NCBI RefSeq assembly: GCF_000315625.1
Contig: NW_005434562.1
Coordinates: forward strand, 168,515-220,822
DNA from: Guillardia theta CCMP2712
Taxonomy: Eukaryota > Protista > Cryptophyta
Direction of reading: 5' to 3'
DNA: 52,308 bases
Shown in pieces: positions 25,675 to 38,369 of the stretch. The first letter of the stretch is position 1. Each line of letters opens with the position of its first letter. The notes under the pieces were generated by a model. That model was given only the letters and a program-made list of their open reading frames with translations. It had not been told where the DNA came from and did not search any database. The position numbers and the translations under genes are program-made.

Positions 25675-25724
25675 GCTGCTGCTGCGTCTGCGTCTGCTTT
25701 TGCTGCGTCTGCTGCTGCTTCTGC

Positions 25725-25770
<46 letters not shown>
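25675..25770 (+). repeat. (TGC)n microsatellite
   Basis: Visible run. Confidence 0.93.
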
Positions 25771-25771
<1 letters not shown>

Positions 25772-26062
25772 AGCCTCTTCTGCTCGTATTCAGCTTCAGT
25801 TGCTTCGCTCCACCCATTGCCCCTGTCCCCGCTACTTTCATTCTGGCATGCCTTCTGGCGCTCGGCTGCTTAGTACTTGGTTTCTCCTCCCCCTCCTCGC
25901 GCAGCCTTCACGAGTCCTGCGCTTGCTACAAACTGTCTTCTGTTCTCCTGATAGACGATCTCCTCACCTCTTCTCGACGCACCCTCTTCTTACAACAGGA
26001 TGCAAGATCTCGTTTTGATGATTCTTCTTGCGTTTGCTGCTGAGTGACTTGCGCTCGTGTAG

Positions 26063-29000
26063 ATGGACTTGATGAGGTGCCTCGATATTCGATGAGGAAT
26101 GTCCACATCAGTCAGGATCCTTTTCTTGTGCTACACATTGACCTACACCTGCGGACGAGGACGGTATGCTCCTCAAGTCAATTTCGGAACGAAAGATCCA
26201 GCGCCGGCAGAGAGCTTGTTTTTCTGGGGCCGAATACGAGGAGGAGGTAGCGAAGATTCGGTGACAGAAGATGTAGCTGGAGCAGAAAGGATCAGGCATG
26301 ATGGCGACCGACTGTTTGCTCAGAGGAAGTACAGCATGGCCGTTAAACTCTATACAGAGGCCTTGAAGCAGAAACCCTCGTTGATCGCAGTCCTTGCAAA
26401 TAGAGGAGCAGCAAACTTGGCCCTGGGTCGCTTCCAAGAAGCTGCGACGGATTGTCTCACCTTCATAGATGACCCGAATAATCACGTGTGCATGCCTGAG
26501 AGGATTTGTGCGGCAAAAGCGCTACTTGGACTTGGGCGCTCAGAGCAAGCAAGGATACAGTTTGCCATCGTTTCAGAGGAGGTACACGTTGCAGTAGAGT
26601 TACATTATCTGAATGATCACCATGCAAGGCAAAGAGCTCTGGGCTGGTATGGGAAAAGGAAAACATACAAGATGCTTTGAAAATGGCAAGGGAAGGAATA
26701 AAACATGTACAGGTGCTGATTGAGCGCTGAATTCACTATCGGCATTTTACCTTGCAATAGGACTATGACATAGAAGTCAAGAGAGCGTTTGGATTCCTAC
26801 ATGGCCAAAGAGACAAGTTTTATCTCCCTATCGTCGGACGGTGGCGCTCGTGGCGAAAAGACAATTTCGAAGATCAAGTTCCTCTGAGGGAGCACAGTGA
26901 CAATTTCCGGCATTCGGAAGGAGAAAGGAAGCATAGAAAGGTTCGATCCTGATGATTTGAAGTGCATACCGTGAAATCCGTGAAATTACCTCCAGGTCTT
27001 ATCCATCGTCTCCGAGGCATTCAAGTGCACGCAGAAGGTGATGGAGGTTAGCAGCTGAAGGTGATTTCATGTCAGCTCCAGGCCCTTTCAATCGCACCCC
27101 AGGCGGTCGAGCCGATTGTGCTGCAGGTACGCGACGCAGAGACGCCTCGTGCAATCAGTTTGAACTTGTTCGACAGGCCTGGGCGCTGATGATAGCGGGA
27201 AACATCACCAAGATTTTGGAGTTCTGTGGAGAGAAAATGTTTCCTGTCCAGGATCAGACGGGCTCAGCCTCTACCCTTCCCGTGGCTTCCGAGCTCTGGG
27301 TTGTTTACTCCCGCGCGTTGCATCTGGCAGGGCGACTGGAGGAAGCAAAACGGATTTTGAACTCTGGCATTCAATCTGGTGCAGGTCAAGGCTGTCTGAT
27401 GCTTGGAACTTGAGCTGAAGTTGCTGCAGCATGTCAGGAATTGTGCGCAGATGGAAAGATCGGACCGATGAGCAGTCCGTTGACAGATCGAGATCGAGAT
27501 CGATTGGTCTGTGGTTGCCCGTACATGAATATCGTTTTGACGCATGTCAGGTCCGAGAATGTAAATTTGAGTTGAGCTTGATGGACAAACTTGCATCGTC
27601 ACTTGCAGCCGCTGACAAGTAACATAAGGCAGATTTGAACTTATCTCACCCCTTTTCAGGTGTATCGCTGAAGGAAAATACGCCCGAGCGGTCGGCAAGC
27701 ACAAAGAGAGCAAACAGAATGACGGTTAGCGCAGGTGGAGGAACTCAACAGAGGCTTGTCGATAGATCCATACAACAGCCTTCATTGCGCACAGGTTAGC
27801 ACGACATTGCCTGCTCACGACATCTTACACGGGTCCAGCTGCTTGCTCGGAGGGGAGAAGCATACTTCGCGCAAGGGGCGTTGCACTCAGCGATGAAAGA
27901 CGCAAACAAAGTCATGAGGTGAGGGAGAGCTGGAGGTGGTTGAAGTCAAAAGTGATGGGGCTGTAGATTTCTCAGCGGGAGGGAAACAGGCAGCTATATC
28001 TTATCGGACATCAACAAGATGCCAGCATGGGCCGGGTCGTATCAAATCCTTGCTGAAGCCGCTCTTCGAATGAAAAATCTTGAACAGGCCATGGTAGAAT
28101 ATGCTTCCATGTCTGTATTGGTTCTTCACTTTCATGACAGCAAAATATAACTCTCGCGCTCAAGATTTGCTCTCATGAACAACGGGCGGTTCTGGAACCA
28201 AAGGTTTGCCCTGCCTTGTCTCTGCTGCCCCAATCATTGGCTTTGTCGTGCAGTACAACGAGATTAAGTTGCAGATAGAAAGGTAATGCTCCTACGGGCA
28301 TAAACTCTTGACCTTCGAACTTCAGGGAAGAGGCTGCTCGAATGAAAGAATTCGCTGGATTCCGATCCGAGAAAACCTCGGACGAGGCCAAGGATACCAA
28401 GCAAGAATCTCAAGGAACACCTGGTCAGCAAGGATCGAAGAAACCAGGAGCAACGCATTCTTCATACACCGACAAGAAGGAAAGAGACAAATGGTCAAGT
28501 TATCGCGGGGCGAATGCTGCAGATTGGACGAAAGCGAGAATGGAGCAGGAGTACAACGAAGCATGTCAGCCTCTTGATTGCTTGCTGCTGGTAGATAGCT
28601 GAAATTTTCTCGCTCGCAGATCGGCACTTCGTCAAGGATCAGAAGACCCATGGCTGGGGCATCCCTCCGAAGTCATCCCCCCTGTGACCTCGAGGAGACC
28701 TGACGCTTTTCTCAGGGGCTTCGTGCCTCCCCAACCCAAGGCCAAGGAGGAGGAGAAGCCGAGAAGTCATTTCGGGACGTGGGACTGGTCGGACTGGAAG
28801 GGCTGGGCCCATACAGACCGCCCGCGGGCTGGCCCATCGTCTCCTCCCAGGCAGGAGTCAGGAGATTCAGGCGCGAAGAGAGCGCGGACTTTCTCAGCTG
28901 CCAAACCTCAGAGCAAGGTCTGCTTGCCGTCTCCTCACGCCTTGCTCACTGCAAGCTGCAGGGCTTCTATGCTGTGCTGGGAGTGGACGTGCAGGCCTCC

Positions 29001-29371
29001 AGCAGCGACATCAAGAAGGTGAGGGACACAAGCTCGGATCTGTTGAGGTTGAAGATCCCCTGGCAGACGTACATGCGCCTGGCGCTTCAGTTTCATCCAG
29101 ACAAGTACAAGGGAAAAGATCCCAAAGGTACTGCCGCTGCCCTGCTCTGACCCGATGAAGTGACTGAAAATTTGGCCAGCCGCGGAGGAGAGATTCAAGA
29201 GCATCACACGAGCTTACGAAGTTCTTTCGGACGCTCGCTCGAGGAAGCAGGTCAGCTGCTGTGGCACTCCCTCTTCCTGCCTCCTCTGAAAATGAACTTC
29301 GGCAGCACGATGAGGACATCGGTGTGGGCGACATCCTAGACATGAGCGCGTCTTTCTCTTTCCGTCGTTAG
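26063..29371 (+). CDS. TPR-repeat protein with C-terminal J domain (DNAJC7-like architecture); start approximate
   Basis: TPR AERIRHDGDRLFAQRKYSMAVKLYTEAL..LANRGAANLALGRFQEAATDC. The J domain splices to FYAVLGV..SDIKKTYMRLALQFHPDK..AEERFKSITRAYEVLSD (HPD motif). Confidence 0.85.
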
Positions 29372-29829
29372 TGTAGTCGAACTTCAGTTCCGAGTCAGGG
29401 ACTTCAGTTCCGAGTCCGGGCCGAGTCTGAGTTTGTTCGGCCCGGCGGCCCCGGGGCCGGCGGACTCAGGGTGACAGGCGAAGTTCCAAGTGCCGCAGTG
29501 CGAAAAAAACTCTCATCAGGGTGAGGTGTAGTCAAGTGCTGACCAGGGGTACAGGTTAGCATGTGAAGGAAAGGGGGTGAGGAGTAGGATAATTCGGGGT
29601 GGGGGGTACCATTGAGGAATCCTTCGAGATTCTCTGGAATAAAAATAACCTTGGAAGTAAAGGAGAAGGGTGGGGTGGTGTCATTGGTCAGTAGGGATGA
29701 TCGCTGTAGGAGGTAGGGGGTCCTTGATTAGATTTTCGCAGGGGATCGCCCGGCAATGATGGCCGCATTGATGGCTGCAAGAGAGACGTGGCATTAATGG
29801 CTGCAAGAGAGACGGTAGCTCCAGCTAAA

Positions 29830-31939
29830 ATGGCGGACAGGATAGAGGCAATGGATGATGACCGAGAGGTGGAGGACGCTCCTCCTCCCCCCTCCCCCCT
29901 CCACCATGCAGAGTCTTTCCCGCCACACCAAGTTCTGCCCAGTGAAAGGGGACAGCGAGAGGATGAAGAATGGCAAGCAGTGGCGGAGGCCGAAGAATTG
30001 GAGGTGAGTGAGATGCAAAGAAGGGGGTGGGGAGGGCTTAGGTGGTTCTTGTGCTTTCTCCATCAGCTTTGTTGGTATCAGAGAACTTCATCAAGGTCTC
30101 ACTTTTTCCTAGGCTCCTCAGGGCGTCTGGTCGGCCCTTCAGGGCTTAGAAGACGATCCAGATGGAGCATGGGATATCCTGAGGCAGGTGCGGCTCTGCT
30201 ATGACCTCCCTCACACACTGGTTTCCTTTGATACGAGTGAGATGAGGTGAGGAGGCAGAAACTGACTTGCTCTGCTCAGACTCAGATTGTTCGGAGGGTG
30301 AAACCACAAAGCACTGACGCCCCTCCTAAGCCTGACCATACGAGGTCAGATCAAACAATCCAAGGTAGTCTCTGACGTTGTTTGCAGGTTTGTATGTCTC
30401 TCAGACACTCACTCACTGCATGATACCGTTCAAGTGCCCATGGGTGACGTGCTTATCCATGCCGGAGACTTCACCAATGTGCTAAAACTTGCTTCGACTT
30501 TTTTTGCTCGATCATTGCAGTCTCACGCCTTTGCTGCTTGATGATGTTTGCTCTCTGGTTCTAGGTTGGATTGCCTTCAGACGTGCAGAAGTTCAATGAA
30601 TTTCTCGGGCGCCTGCCTCATAAGCACAAGATTGTGATAGCCGGAAATCATGACATCAGCTTCGACACAGCGTCATACCCAAGGTTTTGATGTTTACACT
30701 AGCGATCATTCTTCTGATGATGTTTAGATTATGGTCGAGATTTGGTCACCCAAAGCTTTATGATTCCAAGGAGGTTCATGTCGATTCCTGGCTCGTGAGT
30801 GTTTGTGACAGTGTTGTTCATCCCAGGTCATCAGCATGTTGACGAATGCCACGTATGTACAAGACGAAGAGATCACCGTTGAAGGTTTTTGTTGACACGG
30901 ACTTTCCTCCTCCTCACTCTTGCCATCAGGATTTCGTATCTGGGGCTCTCCCTGGCAGGTTTGTGGTGGCAATACTGAATTTGAACTTTCTCATCCATCC
31001 TTCAGCCTGAGTTCTGTGACTGGGGATTCAATCTTCCTCGAGGACCTGCGCTTGCGGCTGTATGGAACAAGATTCCAATGGGAGTTGACGTGGTGGTGAC
31101 TCACGGTCGGTTGCTGTTGATTTGTAATGATATACCTGAATCTCTACGTGTTTTCGTCGTGATTTCTGTTTCCTTCTTACCCATGGCTTGCTAGGTCCTC
31201 CGTTAGGTCACGGCGATCTGACAAGTCAATTGTTTGGTGTGAAGAAAACATGTTGACGTAATGGTGTGCTGCAGGTAGAAGAACGCGGGTTGGATGTGTG
31301 GATCTGCTCAGGGTAATTCAGGTGAGAGAGTCGCAGGAAAAGGAGATGTTGAGGGTATTAGCAAGGTCGATGGCAATGGAAGTGAGAGTTGGGCAGTGAG
31401 ATATGGAAACACATGATACTTCTCCTTCCATACACATGATACTTGAGATTTGAGTTGACAATGACTCGCAGAAAGTGAGACCCGCATATCATGTCTTTGG
31501 TCACGTGCATGAAGGATATGGGATCACGGAAGATGGACTGGGTAAGCATGATGATGACGTTGTAGAAAGAAAATTTTATGAAGACGATTTGAGCGAATGA
31601 TGATTGATGATCGAGTTTGGATGACGATGATCATGGAGGTGATATATGCTATGATGACAACAGAGCCAATCAGGAAGCCGTTGAGGATACGATGTATTGA
31701 TAATGACGATGACAATGATGGAGATGTTTGTTGATCATGAATAGATTCAGTATTGTATGCGATTCTAATGATGATGAAAACAATGATGTGAAAGATGATA
31801 ACGGGGCTTCCCCCCACGATGGAGGTGAAAGCTTTGATGGCTGATTGATCCAGGTATTCTTTATGTCAACGCAAGTACATGCACAGAGAGATACAAGGCG
31901 ACGAATCCATGCGTTGTCTTCGATCTCCCCAACAAGTGA
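29830..31939 (+). CDS. Metallophosphoesterase, MPPED1/2 (239FB)-like
   Basis: Exons CLSDTH, DVLIHAGDFTN, VIAGNHD, IWGSPWQPEF, VVVTHGPP, VGCVDLL, HVFGHVHEGYG and YVNASTC..NPCVVFDLPNK*. Confidence 0.92.
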
Positions 31940-32265
31940 GGGGGGCAAGAAGCGCTCTCTCACTTCCTTTATTCTTTATCCTAGTACATCATGTCTCATG
32001 AGAACGCAAACTAGCAAACCCATTACTGAGTCATCTACTTACGTGATCATATCACTGACTCAACTTCTTCAACCTCGATCGAAATTCTCCCTCTCGTTCC
32101 GTCGTCCCTTGCTCGTCAACTCTGCTTGAACCAAAAGTCAAGGAAAAGAAGTTCAGTAGCAACGGGCAACAAGTTACCTCTCATCGCTCCATTCTCGGAT
32201 CTGGTGGACCGTTGAGCCCCCATGTCATTTTTTCACTCAACTTCAACGGCTCGTCGGCCACACGG

Positions 32266-33166
32266 ATGGCGAGGGAAGAGCTTCTGCGCCGTCGACTTGC
32301 GACATGGCGACGAGAGTTCACCATCGACGACCCGCGAGACATGCTGAGGTGAGAACACATGCATGCCACGTGTCGAATGCTGAGAGCGACTTGGAAGAAT
32401 CGCGCACATCGACACGGGGAGCAGGAGGAAGAGTCAGTTGCCGGAGGAGACCCGCACAGCTGTGGTCAACGCCCTGCGAGTCTTCGACACTGATGGCTCA
32501 AGCGGTGTGGACGCCCAAGAGATCAGAAGTGCCTTGTAAGTCACCATTTCCCGCTCCTTGCCCTGTTCTTGATACACTCCTTGCCCGCTCCTTGCCCTGT
32601 TCTTGATACGCTGCTTGACCGCTCCTTGCCCTGTTCTTGATACACTCCTTGCCCGCTCCTTGCCCTGTTCTTTCTCCGCTGATGAGCGATCAACTCGTGC
32701 AGGTCATGTTTAAACATCGACATGACGGGCGAGGAGATCGAAGCGTTCCTCAAGACCCTCATGATCGGCCATAGGAAGGAGATCCCTGTGGAACTTTTCA
32801 GCCGAGAGCTCTTGCGAACCATCGAGAGCAGTAGAAGCAGGAAGCAGTTCTGTAAAGTCTTTGAGCTGCTTGCCGGCGGACCTGTGAAGCGAATTTCGGT
32901 CGAGCGATTGCGCGAAAGCATGAAGGATCTTGGTGAGAGGGAGACATGGAATGCTGCTCTGACCCTCCTCAGGTCTGCTCAGTCACACCCTGGGAGACAC
33001 GAAGATCAGCGACGCGGAGATCGCGCGCATGTACGCGCATGCAGACTGCGACGGGGATGGGGTGCTGAGTGTCAACGACTTCTGTGACTGTGAGGATGAG
33101 AGGAGGTGAGAGAGGCAACTGACATGTGTATGAGCTGCAGATGCGTATCAATCGAACATCATGTGA
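32266..33166 (+). CDS. Centrin/calmodulin-like EF-hand protein (two EF loops intact, others degenerate)
   Basis: LRVFDTDGSSGVDAQEIRSAL, RISVERLRESMKDLG|DTKISDAEIARM and ADCDGDGVLSVNDFC. Confidence 0.75.
32549..32675 (+). repeat. About 34-bp intronic minisatellite (CCGCTCCTTGCCCTGTTCTTGATACACTCCTTGC), 3-4 copies
   Basis: Visible near-identical copies inside an intron of the EF-hand gene. Confidence 0.88.
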
Positions 33167-33281
33167 AATTAATCGAGCATTGCCTGACTACTTAAGCTCT
33201 CGTTTCATTTATTCGTCATGTCGATACTGTTGTTGAACAATTCTGTACAGGAAAACTTAATCTGAGCAAGAGGCAATGTCA

Positions 33282-36200
33282 TTAGATGTCTTCGATCTCA
33301 GCAATCAGGTTCCGCCAATCGTCTGACTTCTTCACCTCCTCCTTCTTCGCATCTCCGTTGGGCTCGGGCTGCTTCTGCGGCGTCTTGGCCTGTGAGATTT
33401 TCTTCGACCAGGCCGGCCTCTTGTCCTTCTCCTCCCCTCCTGCGTGTCCGTTCGCCAACTCCTTAGCATCTCTGACAGAGACGACGACATCGTTGCTAGC
33501 ATGCTCCTCCGACATGTCATCAGCACACGCGTCTCGTTGCGATAGGCCCATGCTCTTGTCGTCGCCTTTGCTCGGCATGCTGCGGCATGTCAGCGATGAG
33601 GGTTCTGCAGCAGCAGCAGCAGCATCTGGCGTCTTACCTTTGCAGTTGTATGGAGTTGAGCTTGTACTTCTTCTTCGCCAGCTTGTCGATGCCATGCCTG
33701 ATGGTCCTGTATGTCTCCTTCACCTTGCTCGGGGGAGCCCATTCCCTGCTGTAATCTCCATTGCCGTTGTCTGCTTTCCGGATCTTAATCGCTCGACTCT
33801 GCGCTCTGTGCGGTTCTTGGAAGTTAGCAGTGGCATTGAGAGGAAAACGACACTTCACCTGTTCTTCTCGTATCTCTTCCGCTCCAACTCCACGATTAAA
33901 CGCGCCTGTCGGGATATGTTATCGAGTCATCATCAGACGACAAGCGATCTTACGTCGTCGATCATGTCCTCTGTCTTGTGGCTCTCACCGTCGAGCCGAG
34001 GACATCTGCAAGATCCTCTGAAGCAGGCCGTGAAGAGAGTGAGGAGGAAAGTGAAGAGCATGACGGGCGGCAAAACCTGTTCCACTGGATCACGTGATGG
34101 ACGAGGAAGGAGAACGAGGGAGCGAGGTGAGCAGAGGGAAGAGGAGGAGGAAGAGGAAGAGGAGGAGACGTCAGCAAAAGCACCTCGTTGAAACTGGAGC
34201 CAAGGAATGGGATTCTTCCAAGGGCGCTGAAGACTTGCTCAAATGCTGTCACCTCGACAGATGAGGTTTCGTGAGCCTCTCTGAGCATGGCGAGGTAGTT
34301 GTGAGCTATGCTGGGGGCGAGGCGGCAGACGATGTAAGCATTAAAGAGAAGGCTGAAACCATCCGTCTCCCCGATCACAACCTCGTAAAGGCTGAACAAC
34401 CTGATGCGTAAGAGAGTGAAGTAGACGATCCCGCAGATAAAGAAGAGATGCATGAAGATCGGTACTTGGACGTCCCGAGTCACCCTGAACGGAACCCACA
34501 GTCTCCATGTGGAGAGGTCGGTGTCCTCCTGGATGCAATTGGGAGGAAGAGTAGCGCGTGAGCAGACGTGGAGCAGAAGCAGCGAACCGTCTCCGGGCAT
34601 CGAAACCTTGGGGATGAAAGGAAAGAGAGAAACTTGGCTAAACAGCACCGCAAGCCCAAAGAGAGCGCAAAGTACAGCTGCAAGCATACGCAGCAGGGGA
34701 AAGACGTACATGGTGAAGATAAACCAGACGACTTCCTTTTGTAGAGCGTACATTCCCTCGTACTGATGTCTCACAGGGCACTTGAGACCAGCCCAGCCCT
34801 CAGGTCCCTTGTCGGAGTGGAAGAAAGCCCTCGACAGGTTATGGAGGACGCCTGACCAAGGCATCAGATCCTCGTGCGTGCGCTGGAGATCCTGCAGCAG
34901 AATCGCTTGTTTGACGGCTCGGTCGAACTTCTTCTTCGTCTTGCGATATTTTCTGTTGGCCACATAAACACCAGTTCTCAGCTTGACCAGCTTGCGGACA
35001 TCCCATGATTCAGCATCCACGTTGGATTGGGACGAAAGTTTCTCCCAAGGATCTGGTCCCTCATGCTTCCCCGACCGAAGGTTCTCCTCCTCCGCTAGCA
35101 GGTGATCGTTTCTCGTGATCACGGCTTTGATCACGCACCTCCGAACTTCTGTAGACCCCGGAAACTCGAACAGCGAGAGCTGACGATCGATCGCCTCCTC
35201 GCGGGCAGCCTTGTTCTTCTCGCCCTTCATCTCACCCTTCACCCCGGGGTCGAGGTGATCGATGTCGCCAAGGTGGGTCAGGCCCGCGTCAAACATCGCC
35301 TCTTGCATCAGAAAGATCGGAGCTGACTTGGGCAGCAACTTTGCCGCCTCAAGAGCCGCAAACCAGCGATCGACCTCCGTCAGCCTCTGCTTGTGCGTCT
35401 CGTCCATCTCGATCTCCCGCAGCTGTGAAAGAAATGCCAACTTCATCTCCGAGTCCGTCACAGGGATCGACGGGCCTTTGACGGGATCCATGAGGACCAC
35501 AGACGTGATGTCGAACGGGACCTCTGCTGCCATCGCCATGATCTTGCTGCCCAACCGCCTGAGCGAGCTCGCCGCAGCTCGACGGAGAGTGTATACCTGT
35601 ACAAGCTTGGTGGCCAAATCTTCAGCCGCAGCGTTGAACGAGTGGTGGTTTGAGAACACGTAGTAGTACGCTCTGCGCAGGCTTGGTTCCAGTCGCGCTC
35701 CTTGCCAGAGCTGGCGAGGAGCTTCAGCAAGGCCAAAACCAAGGAAGACGGCGACGAGGACGAGGCAGACTGCGTTCGAGCTGGCCATGAGGCCGTAGAC
35801 TACATACTCGAGATCTTCTCCCATGATTGCCAACACCAGAAGAAACACGGAGAACAAGACGGCAACGACTCCCCAAAAGACCCCGTTCTCTATAGCTGCC
35901 TGCTGCAGACGCTTCAGTATTGAGAAATGCCGGGACTCGACATAGGAGGACTGGAAAGATAGCAGGATCCAGCCGTTGAACTGGCACATGGTGTAGACTG
36001 CCAGCCACGCCACCTTGAGGAATCCGATCCAGCGGTCCAACACCACGTCGTCGTCGTCCTTTGGGCTCCCAATCGTCCGCCATGGTTTGATGGGGCAAGC
36101 ACGATCTCGCTCCTCCTTGTTGTTGCCATAGTGATCGATGCAGCGCTTGAGGTAAACGAGATTGAGATCAACAGGAACGATGGCGACAAGTGCCAGCGCC

Positions 36201-36325
36201 ATGGTCCATGAGACCCATACAGTGAAGTAGACATGGAGGGGAGTACCGCGAGCAGTGAGCTTCCAGATCACCAGACCCACGATGGCTCCAATGCCAACGA
36301 GTTCAGTGACGAAGAAGTCGAGCAT
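33282..36325 (-). CDS. LMBR1-family multipass membrane protein (LMBRD2-like)
   Basis: TVWVSWTMALALVAIVPVDL, WILLSFQSSYVES, AAIENGVFW, ASSNAVCL..FLGFGLAEAPRQLW, SLLFNAYIVCRLAPSIAHNYL and IPFLGSSFN; several hydrophobic segments. Confidence 0.85.
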
Positions 36326-37208
36326 GATGACAGGGAGTGCAGCTAATGAGCAAGAACGAAGCTATTCAAGAGAAGTGAGACAGGTGGGGGGTGGAAGATA
36401 AGAAGGGCAAGAGAGAACGATGACAAGGGTAGGCGATGTCGATGACAAGGGTAGGAGAGGAATGGAAGGAGGATGAGCACGCGCGGCACGAACGGCACCG
36501 AATCCTATCGAGCACTCAGACTTGCACAAAGGCAGGAGAGGAAGGAGCAGCAGGGGCGAGAGAAGAAGCAAGGGAGTGAGAGAGGGAGAGCAAGGAGAGG
36601 ACAGGTCCTGCTGACTCTCTTGCGCGGGGTTGGGATAGGCTTGAGGGTCTCAAGCGCATGCCGAAGCGGCCAGCCATGATTTTCCTCCAGTTGGGGAAAT
36701 TCAGGAGAGGAACTACAAGTGATCAAAATTTACTCATATTTACAATTGTACCAGAAATGTTTCTTTTTTGCTTACGCCCTCACAAGTCCCTTTTAGTACC
36801 CCTGATTTTCACACTTGGCCTTGGGGAGTGGAGGGGTTATGAGACAAGTTTATTTCCGTTATAACTTCCTGGAACATGGGGGAGATGCATGCCTACGAAC
36901 CGAAAACAAGTAGATGGGAGGGGGTTTGATGGCGAAGCGAGGAGGAATGATGGAGGAGGAGAGGAGGTAACATGGGTGGGGAGAAGCTGTGGAGAGGATG
37001 AGAGGCAAGTAATCGAGGGATTGACCATTTGGCGAAAAAGATGTGAGACGGAGGAAGAGAGTAGAGCAGATTGGCAGAGATGAAGAACAAAGCAGCAGTC
37101 TCCTGCTGTCCAGGGGCAGCAGGAGACTGAATGACTCAGACAGATTGAAAGATGGGTAAATACTGAATTCTTTCACATTTGCTATCATTCCTAAAAGTCG
37201 TATCTATG

Positions 37209-37552
37209 TCATTCCTCCTTCTTGTCCGAGGATGCTGCTTCCGATGGCATTGCTGGGCCATATTTCTTCTTGGTGGACAACTATGAGTACATGCAGACGT
37301 CAGAATAATGCGCGACAACAATGAGATGAAAAACAATAATTCATTAGCACCTTGGAAACGATTGGGCGGAGAACAAAAAGCCATCTGGTGAAGGGAATAC
37401 AGGAAAAAAATCAGCAGAAACTTGTGAAGGTGTCGTAGAACTCACACGATCACAAGTCCGAGCGCGTACATCCAATCAGCCCAACTTCTTGCTTCAGGAC
37501 CATACGATGAGAGTGAAAAGCTCTTGTACCATGGCTCCTTCGCTTCCGACAT
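37209..37552 (-). CDS. Small single-pass membrane protein, 70 aa, 3 exons, absent from the ORF track
   Basis: Exons 37552-37446, 37384-37351 and 37280-37209 with canonical GT-AG introns splice in frame to MSEAKEPWYKSFSLSSYGPEARSWADWMYALGLVIVWLFVLRPIVSKLSTKKKYGPAMPSEAASSDKKEE*. Confidence 0.7.
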
Positions 37553-38369
37553 GTTCTGCGAGTATAGAAGTCAGCCAGACATGTTTGCGAAAGGCAAGAT
37601 ATTGAACGATGATGCACGAGGGAGCTCACTGATTGCATCGATTATGCTAGATGTCAAATTCTAGTCGATGAATGCAATCGGTTCATGTACTGTGGTAATA
37701 AACCAACTCAAAGAACAGGATGCCCACCACCACCTCCCAACTCAGCTACTTCATCTCCTCATTCTCTCCTTCTTCCCCTTTCCTTCCCTGCTTCCATCCT
37801 TCATTTCTCGCTTCCGTGAGTCATAAGTTCCCTCTTCGCCGTTGACGTGTTAGCATTTCCCCCGTTCTGCCCACGTTCATTCCCTTCCTGTCCACTTGGA
37901 GGCTCTTGTCCTCTGGTCATATTCTTGCTCCTCTCTTCAGCTAGTAACTTGCTCCTTCTTCGTCTCTGCCTTGAGAAAAAGCATCAAGAACAAGCGAGGA
38001 GGAGGAGAAGACAAGCAAGGAGAGCTGAGCGGAGACAGGGGACCAGCACGGGCGACTCTGGCGACTGTGGCTCGAAGGGAAGGGGAATGGAAGGGGAAGA
38101 CTTCTGTCTTCTTCTCCTTCCAGGGACATTACAAGGATTTTCATTGCTGTCTTATATGTATCAATAGTAATGTCAATGAGGGGGACTGGAATATTTAAAG
38201 ATTGATTTTTTAGTTGACGACATATCCCAATACGGAGGAGGGTGGAGGAGGGCAACAAGTGGAGGGCAGGACGTGGAGAGGAGGGGGCAAGAGTTAGTGA
38301 GCCAGAGGAGGGAGAGAAGGGTGAGATACACAGATTGCGAACTTGTTATGAGCATTCTCGTTTGTTAGC

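Noticed and set aside
25266-26043. Poly-A, poly-C and poly-L ORFs between LRRC56 and the DnaJ gene
   Set aside because: Driven by a (TGC)n tract; no consistent spliced model found
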